Positions 17,101 to 26,555 of a DNA stretch of 61,244 bases are shown here, piece after piece; the first letter of the stretch is position 1, and every line of letters starts with the position of its first letter. Made by a program: the position numbers and the translations under genes. Source of the DNA: a virus (Duplodnaviria > Caudoviricetes); IMG/VR virus record IMGVR_UViG_3300021335_001271, positions 1-61,244 of that record; one strand, written 5' to 3'. The notes below the pieces were generated by a model. The model was not told the origin of the DNA. It ran no database searches and saw nothing but the letters and a program-made list of their open reading frames with translations.

Positions 17101-20100
17101 CAGGTAACATGCCTGTTAGTGTTTCTGGTGTGAATAGTGCATTTAACATTAATGTTGTATCTCCAGCAGGCGAAGGTTTGTTTGTTAGACGACCTCCTAC
17201 TCCGTTTCCATTCTTTTACAACGGTGGCAGATATCAAGTTAACACAATTACAAACTATAACAAAACAACTGGTACTGCAACATTTGTATTAGACGAAACA
17301 AGTAACGTTGCTGATAGAGTAATCAGAGAAATTGATGCAATTACACAGGCAAGTCCTGCAGTAATTACATTCACTTCAAATCATCCTTTTAATGATGGTG
17401 ACAGAATACAAATCAGTAATGTAAATGGTATGACAGAAATCAACGGTGATACAGTTTATGTTAAAACAACAGGTAGTCCAGATACAGTTGAACTTTACAC
17501 CGATCTTGCCCTAACAAGTGGATATAGCACAGTTACATACACAACCTACACAGGTGGTGGTAATGCTGTGAGTATTGCAGAAGGACAAGGTTGGACCAGT
17601 GGTACAGGTGTTGATATCTTTGTACAAAGTGGTGGTAACAGATCAATGCTTGCTAACGACTTTACACAAATCAACGATTTAGGATTTGGTTGTCTTGCTA
17701 TAAACAACGCATTGTCAGAACTTGTTAGTATGTTCACATACTATTGTCATACAGGTTATCTTGCAGCTGATGGCTCACAGATTCGTAGTATTGCTGGTAA
17801 CAACAGTTACGGCTTCTTTGGACTAGTTGCCGAAGGTAGTGATCCAGATGAGATTGCAACAGATGTTCAACTTGGTGCTGATATGGTATTCCCTGCTAAA
17901 ACATTTAGAGCAGATGGATACTTAGACTTTGCAGCAGCAGTTCCTAGCGTAGGAACCATTACAGTAGGACAAACACTTACACAAGGTTTAATTGAACTTA
18001 CAATCACAGGTATTACACAGGCAAATCCAGCAGTGGTTACAACAAGTGTAGCACACGGACTGTCAAACAGTGATTTTGTAACAATCAATGATGTTGTGGG
18101 TATGATAGAAATAAATGGATTACAGTTCTATGTTGATACTGATGGTAGTGGTAGTGCCGGTGGTACATTCACCACAAGTGAATTTGCATTATACACTGAT
18201 AGTGCATTAACAACAACATATGACAGTACAACTAATACAGCATACAGTAGTGCAGGTGAAGCAGTTAGAGCAGCTAATGCAACTGGTATTGTCAGCTTCT
18301 TAGGCGAAGAAAATGCCAGTGGTAATCCTACAAGAATTTATGTGCATAGCACATCAGGTGTGTTTAATACAACTGGAACTTGTACAACACCAACAGCAAG
18401 CACAGTAGGCATTCCGAACAACGTAGAAACACTTGATTTAGATGCACCAGAAGATTCACTGTTTATGTACGCATATGACTTGGGTGGTTTCCCAAATAAC
18501 ATCAGTGAAGTTGAAGTGTTCCATGATGTCAATCTTTATCAACCTTATGAGATTACCAATGCTACAGATGCAGAATTTACAATTGGTGGATATTCAATTG
18601 AAGTAGATACAGCAGTAGGTGTTACATATGCAGGTAGTGGTACTGGTGCAGTTTTACAAATTAGCAAAATACAAACAGGCGGTGGCACATATCAAGTTAG
18701 AGTTGATAATGCAGGAGACGGAAGTCCAGCAAGTTATGTAGCAACTGAGACTATTACAATCCCGGGTAACCTACTAGGTGGTGCTACTCCGGCAAACGAT
18801 GCAACAGTTACAATCGATGATGCTGATGGCGGTTTGATTACGTCTGCAAGTGTTACTGGTACTCCTAGAGTCGATGATAGTACTCCTATTAAAAGTGGTA
18901 TTGTCTGGAGATTTAACTTTGGTACTGGACTAGAAGGTACTGCTTCAAACGGTCTTCAACAGGATACACCACATGATACTAGATTAGTTGTTAGACACAA
19001 GCAAAACTTCTTAATGGATAGCTTCCCAGCAGAAGACTTGCCAGTGCGTCCGAGTACAGCGTTCCAGTTTATTGACGACACAAGAGATTATACATATCGT
19101 ACAATTTCATTTAGCAACACTATTACAGACGGTGTTAGTGTTGGCACAGATCAACGTATGGTTACTTTTGATAGTAACTTTAGATACATTGATTTGACAT
19201 TGGATAGAGGTGCAGCAAATGCATTAGGTGATACTGAAAGTGCATTTTATGCGGCTGCAACAGTGAATCCAAACTACACAGACATTATGGCGGCTCCTAC
19301 TCCTGCACTAAGCGGTAGTATTACAATGGGTACTACGGCTGCAACAACCAGTACAGATGGTAGTAGATTCCTAGTTATTAGTCCATTAGACGAAACTGAC
19401 GAAGAAAGAATTCTCAACGCTGATATGATCTTTACCTGGGGTGGTAAAATACACCAAATTGATGGATATGCAGTTTATGATTATCCAGCAGGTGCAGGAA
19501 CTAGAGAAGTTGGCGTTATTCAAATTTCAGATGTGTCAGGCAGTGACATTAACTTCCCAGCATTAAGTGGAAGTTTGTACGGAGGATTGGGTCTAAGTGC
19601 CGAGATATCAGATGGACTTGTGTTAAAAGCAGGTCTCGCACAAGGCGAAAACGCAGAGATCACTGTTAATATTAGTACATGTCGTGCAACAGGACATGAT
19701 ATGCTAGACATTGGTGTTGGTGGTTATAACACTGCTAACTATCCAGAACGTATCTTTGGTGAACCATTTGGTACAAGTGCAATTAGTACAAACGATGCTA
19801 TCGACAGTGAAGGCTTCAACAGTGCTGCACAAGTACAAGAACGCAACAAAGGGCGTGTGTTCACTGTTATGACTGACCAAGATGGTTTCTTCCGTGTTGG
19901 TAGATTCTTTACAGTTGACCAAGGTACTGGTAGTGTTACATTCAACGCTGCACTTGTTCTTACAAACATTGATGGTATTGGTTTTAAACGTGGTGTTCGT
20001 GTAAATGAGTTTTCAAACGATGCAACATTTACTGATGCCAAAGGTGACGCAGTTCCTACACAAACAGCAGTTGAAGGATATATCAACGCACGTTTAGGTA

Positions 20101-21257
20101 GAGACAGAAATGGTACTGCACTAACAACAGGATTAATCCCAACAGGTGGCGGATACATATTTAAACTAGGCGACACAATGGCTGGTACGCTGAACATGGG
20201 TTCAAATACACTAACTGGTCTTGCTAACCCAGATCCTGCACAGCCAACTGATGCTGTTAATATTCAGTACTTTGAAGATAACACAGACGAAATCAACGAC
20301 ATCGGTGACGTAACTATAACAGGTACTGGCACAGGCATACGTGGTAACCTGTTGGTATTCAACGGTACTGACCAAGACAGTGAAAACTGTGCTATCACAG
20401 GCGACATCGAAGTAACATACGACCCGCTAACACCTAACCAAATTGAAATTGGATTTACAGCAGGCAGTATCACTAACGATGACGTTGCTGCTGATGCTGC
20501 AATTGAACAAAGCAAGTTGGATTTACAAGCGGCAGTTACAGCAGCATCGGCGCCAGGCAGCTTTGATCAAAGTCTATTAGGCCTTGCACGTTTTGACAGC
20601 GGATCATTTACAGCAACTAATGGTTGGATTGAAATCACAGCAGGCGGAATTGCTAATGCTAAACTAGCAAACGACAGTATTACAATTGGCTCTACTGAAG
20701 TTTTCTTAGGTGATACTATTACAAACCTAACTGGCATTGGAACTATTAATCACACTGGTGATATATTAGGCCCAGCAGGAAGCTCACCAGACAATGGTGT
20801 TAGCATTGGTAGCAGTGCAAACAGATACAACACTGTATGGGCAAGCACATTTAATGGTACTGCAACAGAAGCACTATACGCTGACTTAGCAGAAAACTAC
20901 TTAGGCGATGCAGACTATGAACCAGGTACAGTGCTTGTATTTGGCGGTGATGCAGAAGTGACAGTATGTAGTGCTAAAGGTCAAACCAGTGTTGCAGGTG
21001 TTGTAACAACTAACCCAGCACACTTGATGAACAGTGCATTAGAAGGTGATCACGTTGTAGGATTAGCACTACAAGGTAGAGTACCATGTAAAGTGATTGG
21101 CACTGTAAAGAAAGGCGATATGCTGGTTACAAGTGCCGTACCAGGTTATGCAATAGTGAATAACTCCCCAGGCGTAGGACAAGTGCTTGGTAAAGCAGTT
21201 GGTACAAAAGACACCGAAGACAGAGGTGTTGTAGAGATTGTGGTAGGGAGAGTATAA
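14136..21257 (+). CDS. Giant tail-fibre/baseplate structural protein (2373 aa)
   Basis: T4 gp9/gp10-type N-terminus (IGIEGNDGTGDSIRESFRKVNDNF); Thr/Gly-rich beta repeats; duplicated ITQA.PAV.T...H module; C-terminal YADLAENY...GRVPCKV intramolecular-chaperone-like domain. Confidence 0.8.
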   Translation: MARKEIDIGIEGNDGTGDSIRESFRKVNDNFQELYAVFGLGGSISFKNIDDTPDSYLGNAGGIVAVNQTETGIGFYKFISDALDNADTKSASRINNSVVVEFDDVDPATPDQSGTVKITILDPHVERDPDPSFTASVDFGAVGAYNNATNTKLRNTSGTGDDIDTLVTQWNTTHSLKDPITATNIIPSIGYNDDTYVNVSGDTMTGALEVPAGASGAQVPRTEEVITRAGSEENRRMLDTLYLSDHPNPIEGFGTPNGKDDLQAVTKLYVDTQGYSSATNIYVATTGDDNQSSTPAGQEGRAPQYAYKSINAAMARATEIIESTPYEPGPYVQTITYDLQSKNTTISAVSGYTAWGGGIAAAASPIVTQNIIGLQEEVEEYVATNFPDLEYNVDTCKRDIQLIIDSVRLDVLAGPTVNYLSRWAGLRYNANPSAVKAKTTQLDATVGSIGLVKSRILSILSDELTITSGDAVYDAYQDRFNNVLDIIQGTTVDIESTGTGYVFDFLNGTYDSVDQGIEGNSDLREGKLIVGKSSGAKGIITDYRRTATGTTDSITVDLVEPIEFETGEELEYGNLTRNNQVTVRVESGIYYEHLPIKLPENVSIKGDEFRRVVLRPKPGVSQSVWANTYFYRDAVIDDLPAAYSPISTTSAVATDASRSNTGSPYTITSSQWSSNGAGIDAEFEVAVDAVGATTVTVTNEGDGFVVGDTITIADTALGSGGAADVTFTVTATGGGTTFVHPISGKNGKYGYHYLADPSTPVNVGSFGTTNPGNFDQAARLIEFNKFFIIEETIEYINATYPTLVYDQGKCERDTGLIIDGIISDLKSGGREATLTNQGAYYEGAVSGQETETAAAITNLKTIIEHVLLNGDVSSTYTPLGTVDQITDEDYTAEADSLTNAQQLCDCVAFAFNVSYNPPLNNSEMDVLLCNDGTIVRNITVQRHGGFMMVLDPEGQILTRSPYCQTGSSFSQSKGTRRNFAGGLFIDGYAGNMPVSVSGVNSAFNINVVSPAGEGLFVRRPPTPFPFFYNGGRYQVNTITNYNKTTGTATFVLDETSNVADRVIREIDAITQASPAVITFTSNHPFNDGDRIQISNVNGMTEINGDTVYVKTTGSPDTVELYTDLALTSGYSTVTYTTYTGGGNAVSIAEGQGWTSGTGVDIFVQSGGNRSMLANDFTQINDLGFGCLAINNALSELVSMFTYYCHTGYLAADGSQIRSIAGNNSYGFFGLVAEGSDPDEIATDVQLGADMVFPAKTFRADGYLDFAAAVPSVGTITVGQTLTQGLIELTITGITQANPAVVTTSVAHGLSNSDFVTINDVVGMIEINGLQFYVDTDGSGSAGGTFTTSEFALYTDSALTTTYDSTTNTAYSSAGEAVRAANATGIVSFLGEENASGNPTRIYVHSTSGVFNTTGTCTTPTASTVGIPNNVETLDLDAPEDSLFMYAYDLGGFPNNISEVEVFHDVNLYQPYEITNATDAEFTIGGYSIEVDTAVGVTYAGSGTGAVLQISKIQTGGGTYQVRVDNAGDGSPASYVATETITIPGNLLGGATPANDATVTIDDADGGLITSASVTGTPRVDDSTPIKSGIVWRFNFGTGLEGTASNGLQQDTPHDTRLVVRHKQNFLMDSFPAEDLPVRPSTAFQFIDDTRDYTYRTISFSNTITDGVSVGTDQRMVTFDSNFRYIDLTLDRGAANALGDTESAFYAAATVNPNYTDIMAAPTPALSGSITMGTTAATTSTDGSRFLVISPLDETDEERILNADMIFTWGGKIHQIDGYAVYDYPAGAGTREVGVIQISDVSGSDINFPALSGSLYGGLGLSAEISDGLVLKAGLAQGENAEITVNISTCRATGHDMLDIGVGGYNTANYPERIFGEPFGTSAISTNDAIDSEGFNSAAQVQERNKGRVFTVMTDQDGFFRVGRFFTVDQGTGSVTFNAALVLTNIDGIGFKRGVRVNEFSNDATFTDAKGDAVPTQTAVEGYINARLGRDRNGTALTTGLIPTGGGYIFKLGDTMAGTLNMGSNTLTGLANPDPAQPTDAVNIQYFEDNTDEINDIGDVTITGTGTGIRGNLLVFNGTDQDSENCAITGDIEVTYDPLTPNQIEIGFTAGSITNDDVAADAAIEQSKLDLQAAVTAASAPGSFDQSLLGLARFDSGSFTATNGWIEITAGGIANAKLANDSITIGSTEVFLGDTITNLTGIGTINHTGDILGPAGSSPDNGVSIGSSANRYNTVWASTFNGTATEALYADLAENYLGDADYEPGTVLVFGGDAEVTVCSAKGQTSVAGVVTTNPAHLMNSALEGDHVVGLALQGRVPCKVIGTVKKGDMLVTSAVPGYAIVNNSPGVGQVLGKAVGTKDTEDRGVVEIVVGRV

Positions 21258-22168
21258 TGGCTAAGCAGGTTATCAACGTAGGATCAAGTGCAGGTGATGG
21301 TTCAGGAGATGCATTACGTGATGCAATGATAAAAATCAATGCCAACTTTACAGAATTGTATGATGGCATTGTTGTACAAACTATTGTAGGCGAAAACGGA
21401 ACAACACTAGTTGATATCAGCACAAACAGTGTAAATGCAAATGCATTGACTGGCACAGTGCCAACTGGTGTTGCTACCTGGGCAAACTTGGGTGGCAAGC
21501 CTACAAGTGTAGCAGGATTTGGCATTGCTGATGCATACACTATTGCACAAACTGATGCACAGATTGCCAGCGAGATTGATGATTTAAAAATATCATTAGC
21601 AGCAGATGGCGGTGATTTAAAAGGTAGTGTGTTTGCTGATGATAGCACACTGTTGGTAGATGGTGTAAATGGAACTATACCAGCAGCAAACTTATCAGGT
21701 GCATTACCTGCATTAGATGCCAGTTCTTTAACAAATATCGATGCTGCAAATATCACAGGCAGTTTATCTGGCGTAGCAGTATCTACAGCAGACATTACAG
21801 GCTACGGTGTATTCACAGGCACAGAAGAAGCATTTGCTACACTTACAGGTGCTACAGGAACAGTTGCACACGATTGTGACAACGGACACATCTTTTACCA
21901 CACTACACCAGCAGCAGATTGGACTGCAAACTTTACCAACCTAGGACTCACAGCAGAATACGCTACTACATTGAGTATTGTTATTGATCAAGGTGCTACA
22001 GCATATATTCCAAGTGCAGTAGAAATCGGCGGTGTAGCACAAACACTTTTATGGCAAGGTGGCAGTGCTCCAAGTGGCACAGCAGATGGCACAGATGTAG
22101 TTGCATTTAGCATATTGAATGACGGTGGCACATATATTGTTATGGGACAGTTGGTAGGATTTAGTTGA
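21257..22168 (+). CDS. Tail fibre/baseplate protein
   Basis: gp9/gp10-type N-terminus (NVGSSAGDGSGDALRDAMIKINANF). Confidence 0.75.
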   Translation: MAKQVINVGSSAGDGSGDALRDAMIKINANFTELYDGIVVQTIVGENGTTLVDISTNSVNANALTGTVPTGVATWANLGGKPTSVAGFGIADAYTIAQTDAQIASEIDDLKISLAADGGDLKGSVFADDSTLLVDGVNGTIPAANLSGALPALDASSLTNIDAANITGSLSGVAVSTADITGYGVFTGTEEAFATLTGATGTVAHDCDNGHIFYHTTPAADWTANFTNLGLTAEYATTLSIVIDQGATAYIPSAVEIGGVAQTLLWQGGSAPSGTADGTDVVAFSILNDGGTYIVMGQLVGFS

Positions 22169-24336
22169 TGCCTTTCTTTAGTAGTTTTACAGGATCATTC
22201 TCAGGCGGTAGAAGAAGACCTATCAGTATAGGTGGCGGCGGTGGTGGCGGAGCCGTTTCTAGTGCTGATTTTTCTAGCACAACACTAACATATACACTAG
22301 ATAACCCTAATCCTTATGCTGATAGTAATTCAGATCAGTTTGGTTACGTTGTGGCAATTTCTACTAATTATGCTATTGTTACTGCACCAGCCGAAGATGA
22401 GGCAGGCGGTAGTCAATCAGGCAAAGCATACATATTTGATTTATCAGATGGTTCATTACTTTATACATTAGACAATCCAAATGCTTATGACACAGCAGGA
22501 AGCGATTTCTTTGGTCGTGCCGCAGCAATTACCGATACTCATGCGATTGTAGGCACATATTTTGAAGATGACGCAAATGGAACCACTTCGGGTAAAGCAT
22601 ACATATTTGATTTATCAGATGGTTCATTACTTTATACATTAGACAATCCAAACCCTTATGGCACAAGTACAGATGATAGATTTGCTAATAGTGTTGCAAT
22701 AAACGATTCATATGCCATTGTAGGGTCTCCGTATGAAGATGAGGCCGGAGGTGATGATTCAGGTAAAGCATATATCTATAACTTATCAGATGGTAGTTTA
22801 GCATACACACTGGATAATCCAAATGCTTATGACACCGTCGCAGGTGATAGATTTGGAGAAGCCGTAGCAATAAATAGTGGTTATGTAATAGTCGGTGCTT
22901 CAGGTGAAGACGATGCTGGCGGAACTTTTTCCGGAAAAGCCTATGTATTTGATTTGTCAGATGGATCACTAACATATACTTTAGATAATCCAAATGCATA
23001 TAACACAAGTCAGGCAGATTTGTTTTCTCAAGCAGTGGCAATGAGTGAAAGTTATGCTATTGTAGGAGCATACACAGAAGATGACGCTGGTGGAACGACT
23101 TCGGGTAAAGCCTATGTATTTGATTTGTCAGATGGTAGTTTATTATACACACTGGATAATCCAAATGCATATGACACAAGTGCAAATGATAGATTTGCTA
23201 ATAGTGTTGCAATAAACGATTCATATGCTATTGTTGGTGCTTATTTTGAAGACGATGCTGGCGGCACTCAATCAGGTAAAGCGTATATATTTGATTTATC
23301 GGATGGATCTTTGGTGAATACTTTAGATAATCCAAACGCATATAGCACAAGTGCAGGTGACTACTTTGGAATATCAGTGGGTATGGGCAGTGGCTATGTT
23401 ATTGTTGGTGCTCGCGACGAAGATGATGCTGCCGGGACTGATTCAGGTAAAGCATATGTGTATAAAGGTGTTGCAAGCGGCGGCGGCGGTGGCGCAGGTG
23501 GTAGTCCAAATATAGGAACTTATACCTTTGCCAATAGTTTTGATACTGCTACACAAGCAACTGAACCAAAAGACCTATGGTTCAATGATGACGGAACAAA
23601 GGTATTTGTTGCTGACAACTCTTCTAATACCATTTACCGATATGGGTTAAGCACAGGATGGGATATAAGCACAGCAAGTTATGATAGTGTGAGCTATTCT
23701 TTTAGCGGAACAACTACTGCTCTTAATGGATTAACTTTTAATGCCGACGGAACAAGTTTTTATATAATAGGCAACGACCAAGGTGGAACAACACCTGACA
23801 GTATATTCCAGTTTGATATGGCATCAGCCTACGATATTGCAAATGCAAGTCTTGCAGGCAGTGGTGATACAGGAGACAGCGGTAACCTTGCTGTTGATAG
23901 CACCCCGCAGAAACTAATGTTCAACAATGACGGAACAAAACTTTATATTGTTGGCAGTGCAAACGATACAATCTATCAATATAGTTTGAGCAGTGCATAT
24001 GATATTACTACTATTTCTTATGATAACGTAAGTGCTTCTGTAAGGTCTCAAACTAATAATCCAAGAGGTATGAAGTTTGGACACGACGGTACAAAGATTT
24101 TTATTTTAGATAGCGAAGGTAGTTCACCTATATCACTTAAACAATATACACTTGGAACAGCATACGATTTGAGTACGATATCAAGCTCAGTGTCTTCTAT
24201 TTCGTTGAACAGCAATGGCTTAATACGTCCAGAAGGATTATATTTGCATCCAGATGGCACTAGTTTTTATGTTCAAGACGGACACGCAACTTTTGCTACA
24301 GCAGAGATATACCAATACAACACCGATGCACTATGA
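22168..24336 (+). CDS. Double beta-propeller protein (FG-GAP-like x7 plus a second repeat set), putative adhesin
   Basis: Seven 57-aa repeats TLDNPN...F(G/A/S)...IVG...SGKAY; poly-Gly linkers; five (FN/FG/LH).DGT repeats. Confidence 0.8.
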   Translation: MPFFSSFTGSFSGGRRRPISIGGGGGGGAVSSADFSSTTLTYTLDNPNPYADSNSDQFGYVVAISTNYAIVTAPAEDEAGGSQSGKAYIFDLSDGSLLYTLDNPNAYDTAGSDFFGRAAAITDTHAIVGTYFEDDANGTTSGKAYIFDLSDGSLLYTLDNPNPYGTSTDDRFANSVAINDSYAIVGSPYEDEAGGDDSGKAYIYNLSDGSLAYTLDNPNAYDTVAGDRFGEAVAINSGYVIVGASGEDDAGGTFSGKAYVFDLSDGSLTYTLDNPNAYNTSQADLFSQAVAMSESYAIVGAYTEDDAGGTTSGKAYVFDLSDGSLLYTLDNPNAYDTSANDRFANSVAINDSYAIVGAYFEDDAGGTQSGKAYIFDLSDGSLVNTLDNPNAYSTSAGDYFGISVGMGSGYVIVGARDEDDAAGTDSGKAYVYKGVASGGGGGAGGSPNIGTYTFANSFDTATQATEPKDLWFNDDGTKVFVADNSSNTIYRYGLSTGWDISTASYDSVSYSFSGTTTALNGLTFNADGTSFYIIGNDQGGTTPDSIFQFDMASAYDIANASLAGSGDTGDSGNLAVDSTPQKLMFNNDGTKLYIVGSANDTIYQYSLSSAYDITTISYDNVSASVRSQTNNPRGMKFGHDGTKIFILDSEGSSPISLKQYTLGTAYDLSTISSSVSSISLNSNGLIRPEGLYLHPDGTSFYVQDGHATFATAEIYQYNTDAL
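22288..23466 (+). repeat. Intragenic 171-bp tandem repeat (7 units)
   Basis: 59-nt exact identity at 22423-22481/22594-22652; 43-nt identity at 22673-22715/23186-23228. Confidence 0.85.
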
Positions 24337-24365
24337 TAAATATTAGAAAGAACAGGATTTAGAGA

Positions 24366-25826
24366 ATGGCAAATAGATTTCCACTAGTAGTAGATACAGA
24401 TGACGGTAACAAACTGAAAGAAATACCAATTGGTGATCAACTTGATCTTGCTAACAGTGGTATTGCTAACCTTACTGAATTGAGTGTTGCTGGTGCATTA
24501 AGCGGTGCAACATTGAGCACTACAGGAAATGTCAGTGTAGGTGGTAACATTGTTGTTACAGGAACAACCACATTGGGTGTTGCAACTATCAGCACAGTAA
24601 ATGCTACAAATATCAACTTGGGTGGCGAAACTGTTAGAGTGCCTGTTCAGTCAGATTGGAACGAAGAAGATAACACCAGTCTTGCATTTATTCAAAACAA
24701 ACCAGATATTGGCAATGTAATTAACAGTATCAATGACATTGGTGACGTTGATACAGTTGGCGCAGTAAATGGCGATATTTTAGTTTATAATGGCTTTGAA
24801 TGGCAATCAGAAGCCAACGACGGAGGCACTCCAGAATCAATACAAGATGCTGTGTATGTACCAGGCATTGGACCAAACCCTATTGGTGTTAGAACACTGA
24901 CTCCAAGTGGTAGAGGTAGTATGGATTTCCAAAACGTAAAAGCAGATCCATTCTATGGTAATTTCCTATATACGCCACCTAATGCACTTATCAAAGGCCA
25001 GCAAGATAATATCAGTGAATTGCTAAATGATTCGTTGTATGTTGATCAAGCATTCCTAACTGCGGTTGACAGTGTAACTGGTAAGTATCTTAAAGGTAAT
25101 GATGTTGTAGGATTTGGTAGAATCACAGCAACAGTTAATACTACTACAGGTAGAGCAGAATTAACTTTTGATGATAGCGGATTGCTAACAATTGAAAGTG
25201 ATACACTACAAACTGTTACTGACAGAGGTGCTGCAACAAGTCTTGCCATTGAAGCTGATGCCTTTAATCAATCACCAGCAAGTTCCAGCACTAGCACAAT
25301 AAAATTTATCAATGCAGAAACAATTGATATTTTAACTAGTTTAACAGCAACTAATGCCAATTTTACTACAACAAATGGTACTATATCAGCAACAAATGGA
25401 CAGGTAATTGCCAACCAAGCATCATTCTCAAACCAATTAGATGGTGGAAATATGAGACTTTCTCTTAATTCCTTATCAAACACCGCAGGTAATAATGTTG
25501 AGATCAACGGCGGAAGTGCTAAAGTTGATATTCAAGGCAACGGTTTGAACATGCCTAGTTCAGGGACACTACCGGGCTCACCAGCAGAAGGTGATGTATA
25601 TTTTAGCAACAACGCACTGTATATGTACGTTGGTGATGATGGATCGGGTGGTCCAGCATGGGTACTAATAGGTGGACCAGGTAACGCTACAGGAGATTAT
25701 GGATTACAACTTCCAGTTTTTGAGGCGCCAGACAGGCCAAGTGTAGCAGGCGAAGGTGTGCTAATTTACAACTTGACTGACAGTGTTGTTCAAGTATGGG
25801 ATGGAACTAGCTGGACCAACTTATAA
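24366..25826 (+). CDS. Virion structural protein (tail-fibre-like)
   Basis: After a late box; QSDWNE..AFIQNKP, INDIGDV..GD.LVYNG..W and YN.T...QVWDGTSW fibre motifs. Confidence 0.7.
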   Translation: MANRFPLVVDTDDGNKLKEIPIGDQLDLANSGIANLTELSVAGALSGATLSTTGNVSVGGNIVVTGTTTLGVATISTVNATNINLGGETVRVPVQSDWNEEDNTSLAFIQNKPDIGNVINSINDIGDVDTVGAVNGDILVYNGFEWQSEANDGGTPESIQDAVYVPGIGPNPIGVRTLTPSGRGSMDFQNVKADPFYGNFLYTPPNALIKGQQDNISELLNDSLYVDQAFLTAVDSVTGKYLKGNDVVGFGRITATVNTTTGRAELTFDDSGLLTIESDTLQTVTDRGAATSLAIEADAFNQSPASSSTSTIKFINAETIDILTSLTATNANFTTTNGTISATNGQVIANQASFSNQLDGGNMRLSLNSLSNTAGNNVEINGGSAKVDIQGNGLNMPSSGTLPGSPAEGDVYFSNNALYMYVGDDGSGGPAWVLIGGPGNATGDYGLQLPVFEAPDRPSVAGEGVLIYNLTDSVVQVWDGTSWTNL

Positions 25827-25862
25827 TCTAGTTTCTGATAAATATATAAAACGGAGACTATG

Positions 25863-26555
25863 ATGGCAATTCAACAGATTAATGTAGGTGTATTAGCAAA
25901 CGATGGCACAGGCGATGACCTGAGAGAGGCATTTATCAAAGCAAATCAAAACTTTGATGATTTAGATTTACGTGTTGCTTCTTTTACAGATATTACTGCT
26001 AGTAATTTAGGCACAACAGGATTTGATGTTTTTGCAGAAAAAGTTGATAATGATTTTCAATTTAGAAAACTACAAGTAGATCCACTTTATGCTAGTAGTA
26101 TGAATATTAGGATAAGTGATGATGGCAATACAGTCTTCCTAAGTACTCCCCAAAGTAGAAGTAGATTTACAGATGGTAGTACAACTATTACAACGCCAGT
26201 AGAAACTCCTATTTTTGTAACAGGAGAAGAAGGTGCTGTTGTAACTGTGAATACAGTAGGACCAGAAATAAGAATACGCAGTGTTATTTCTGGCGAAAGT
26301 TCTCCAGAATTAAGTGCAAACTTAAATGCTGCTGATAACGAAATAACAAATGTTTCTGCATTAAATGGAATCACAGCTGATCAATTAGAAAGAGTATTTG
26401 GATTTGATTTTGGTGCAATACAAAGCAGTTCTACAAGTGTTATAGAATTTATTATATCTAACAATGATGTTGATCTTGGAGGAGATGATGACTGGTTTGA
26501 ATCAGCTACAAGTATTGAATTTGGATCAGCAAGTGACTGGGGTGAAGGTGTGTAA
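25863..26555 (+). CDS. Baseplate/tail protein
   Basis: Third gp9/gp10-type N-terminus (NVGVLANDGTGDDLREAFIKANQNF). Confidence 0.75.
   Translation: MAIQQINVGVLANDGTGDDLREAFIKANQNFDDLDLRVASFTDITASNLGTTGFDVFAEKVDNDFQFRKLQVDPLYASSMNIRISDDGNTVFLSTPQSRSRFTDGSTTITTPVETPIFVTGEEGAVVTVNTVGPEIRIRSVISGESSPELSANLNAADNEITNVSALNGITADQLERVFGFDFGAIQSSSTSVIEFIISNNDVDLGGDDDWFESATSIEFGSASDWGEGV

Noticed and set aside
14468-21795. Many minus-strand ORFs inside the tail genes, and similar ones at 46160, 46737 and 47753-49642
   Set aside because: They are antisense shadows of long + strand genes, with no motifs, SD or promoter.
22288-23466. CRISPR array or DGR template/variable repeats
   Set aside because: The repeats are in-frame 171-bp protein blades with no spacer structure. 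No adenine-specific mismatch pattern was evident, and no cas or reverse transcriptase gene is in the window.
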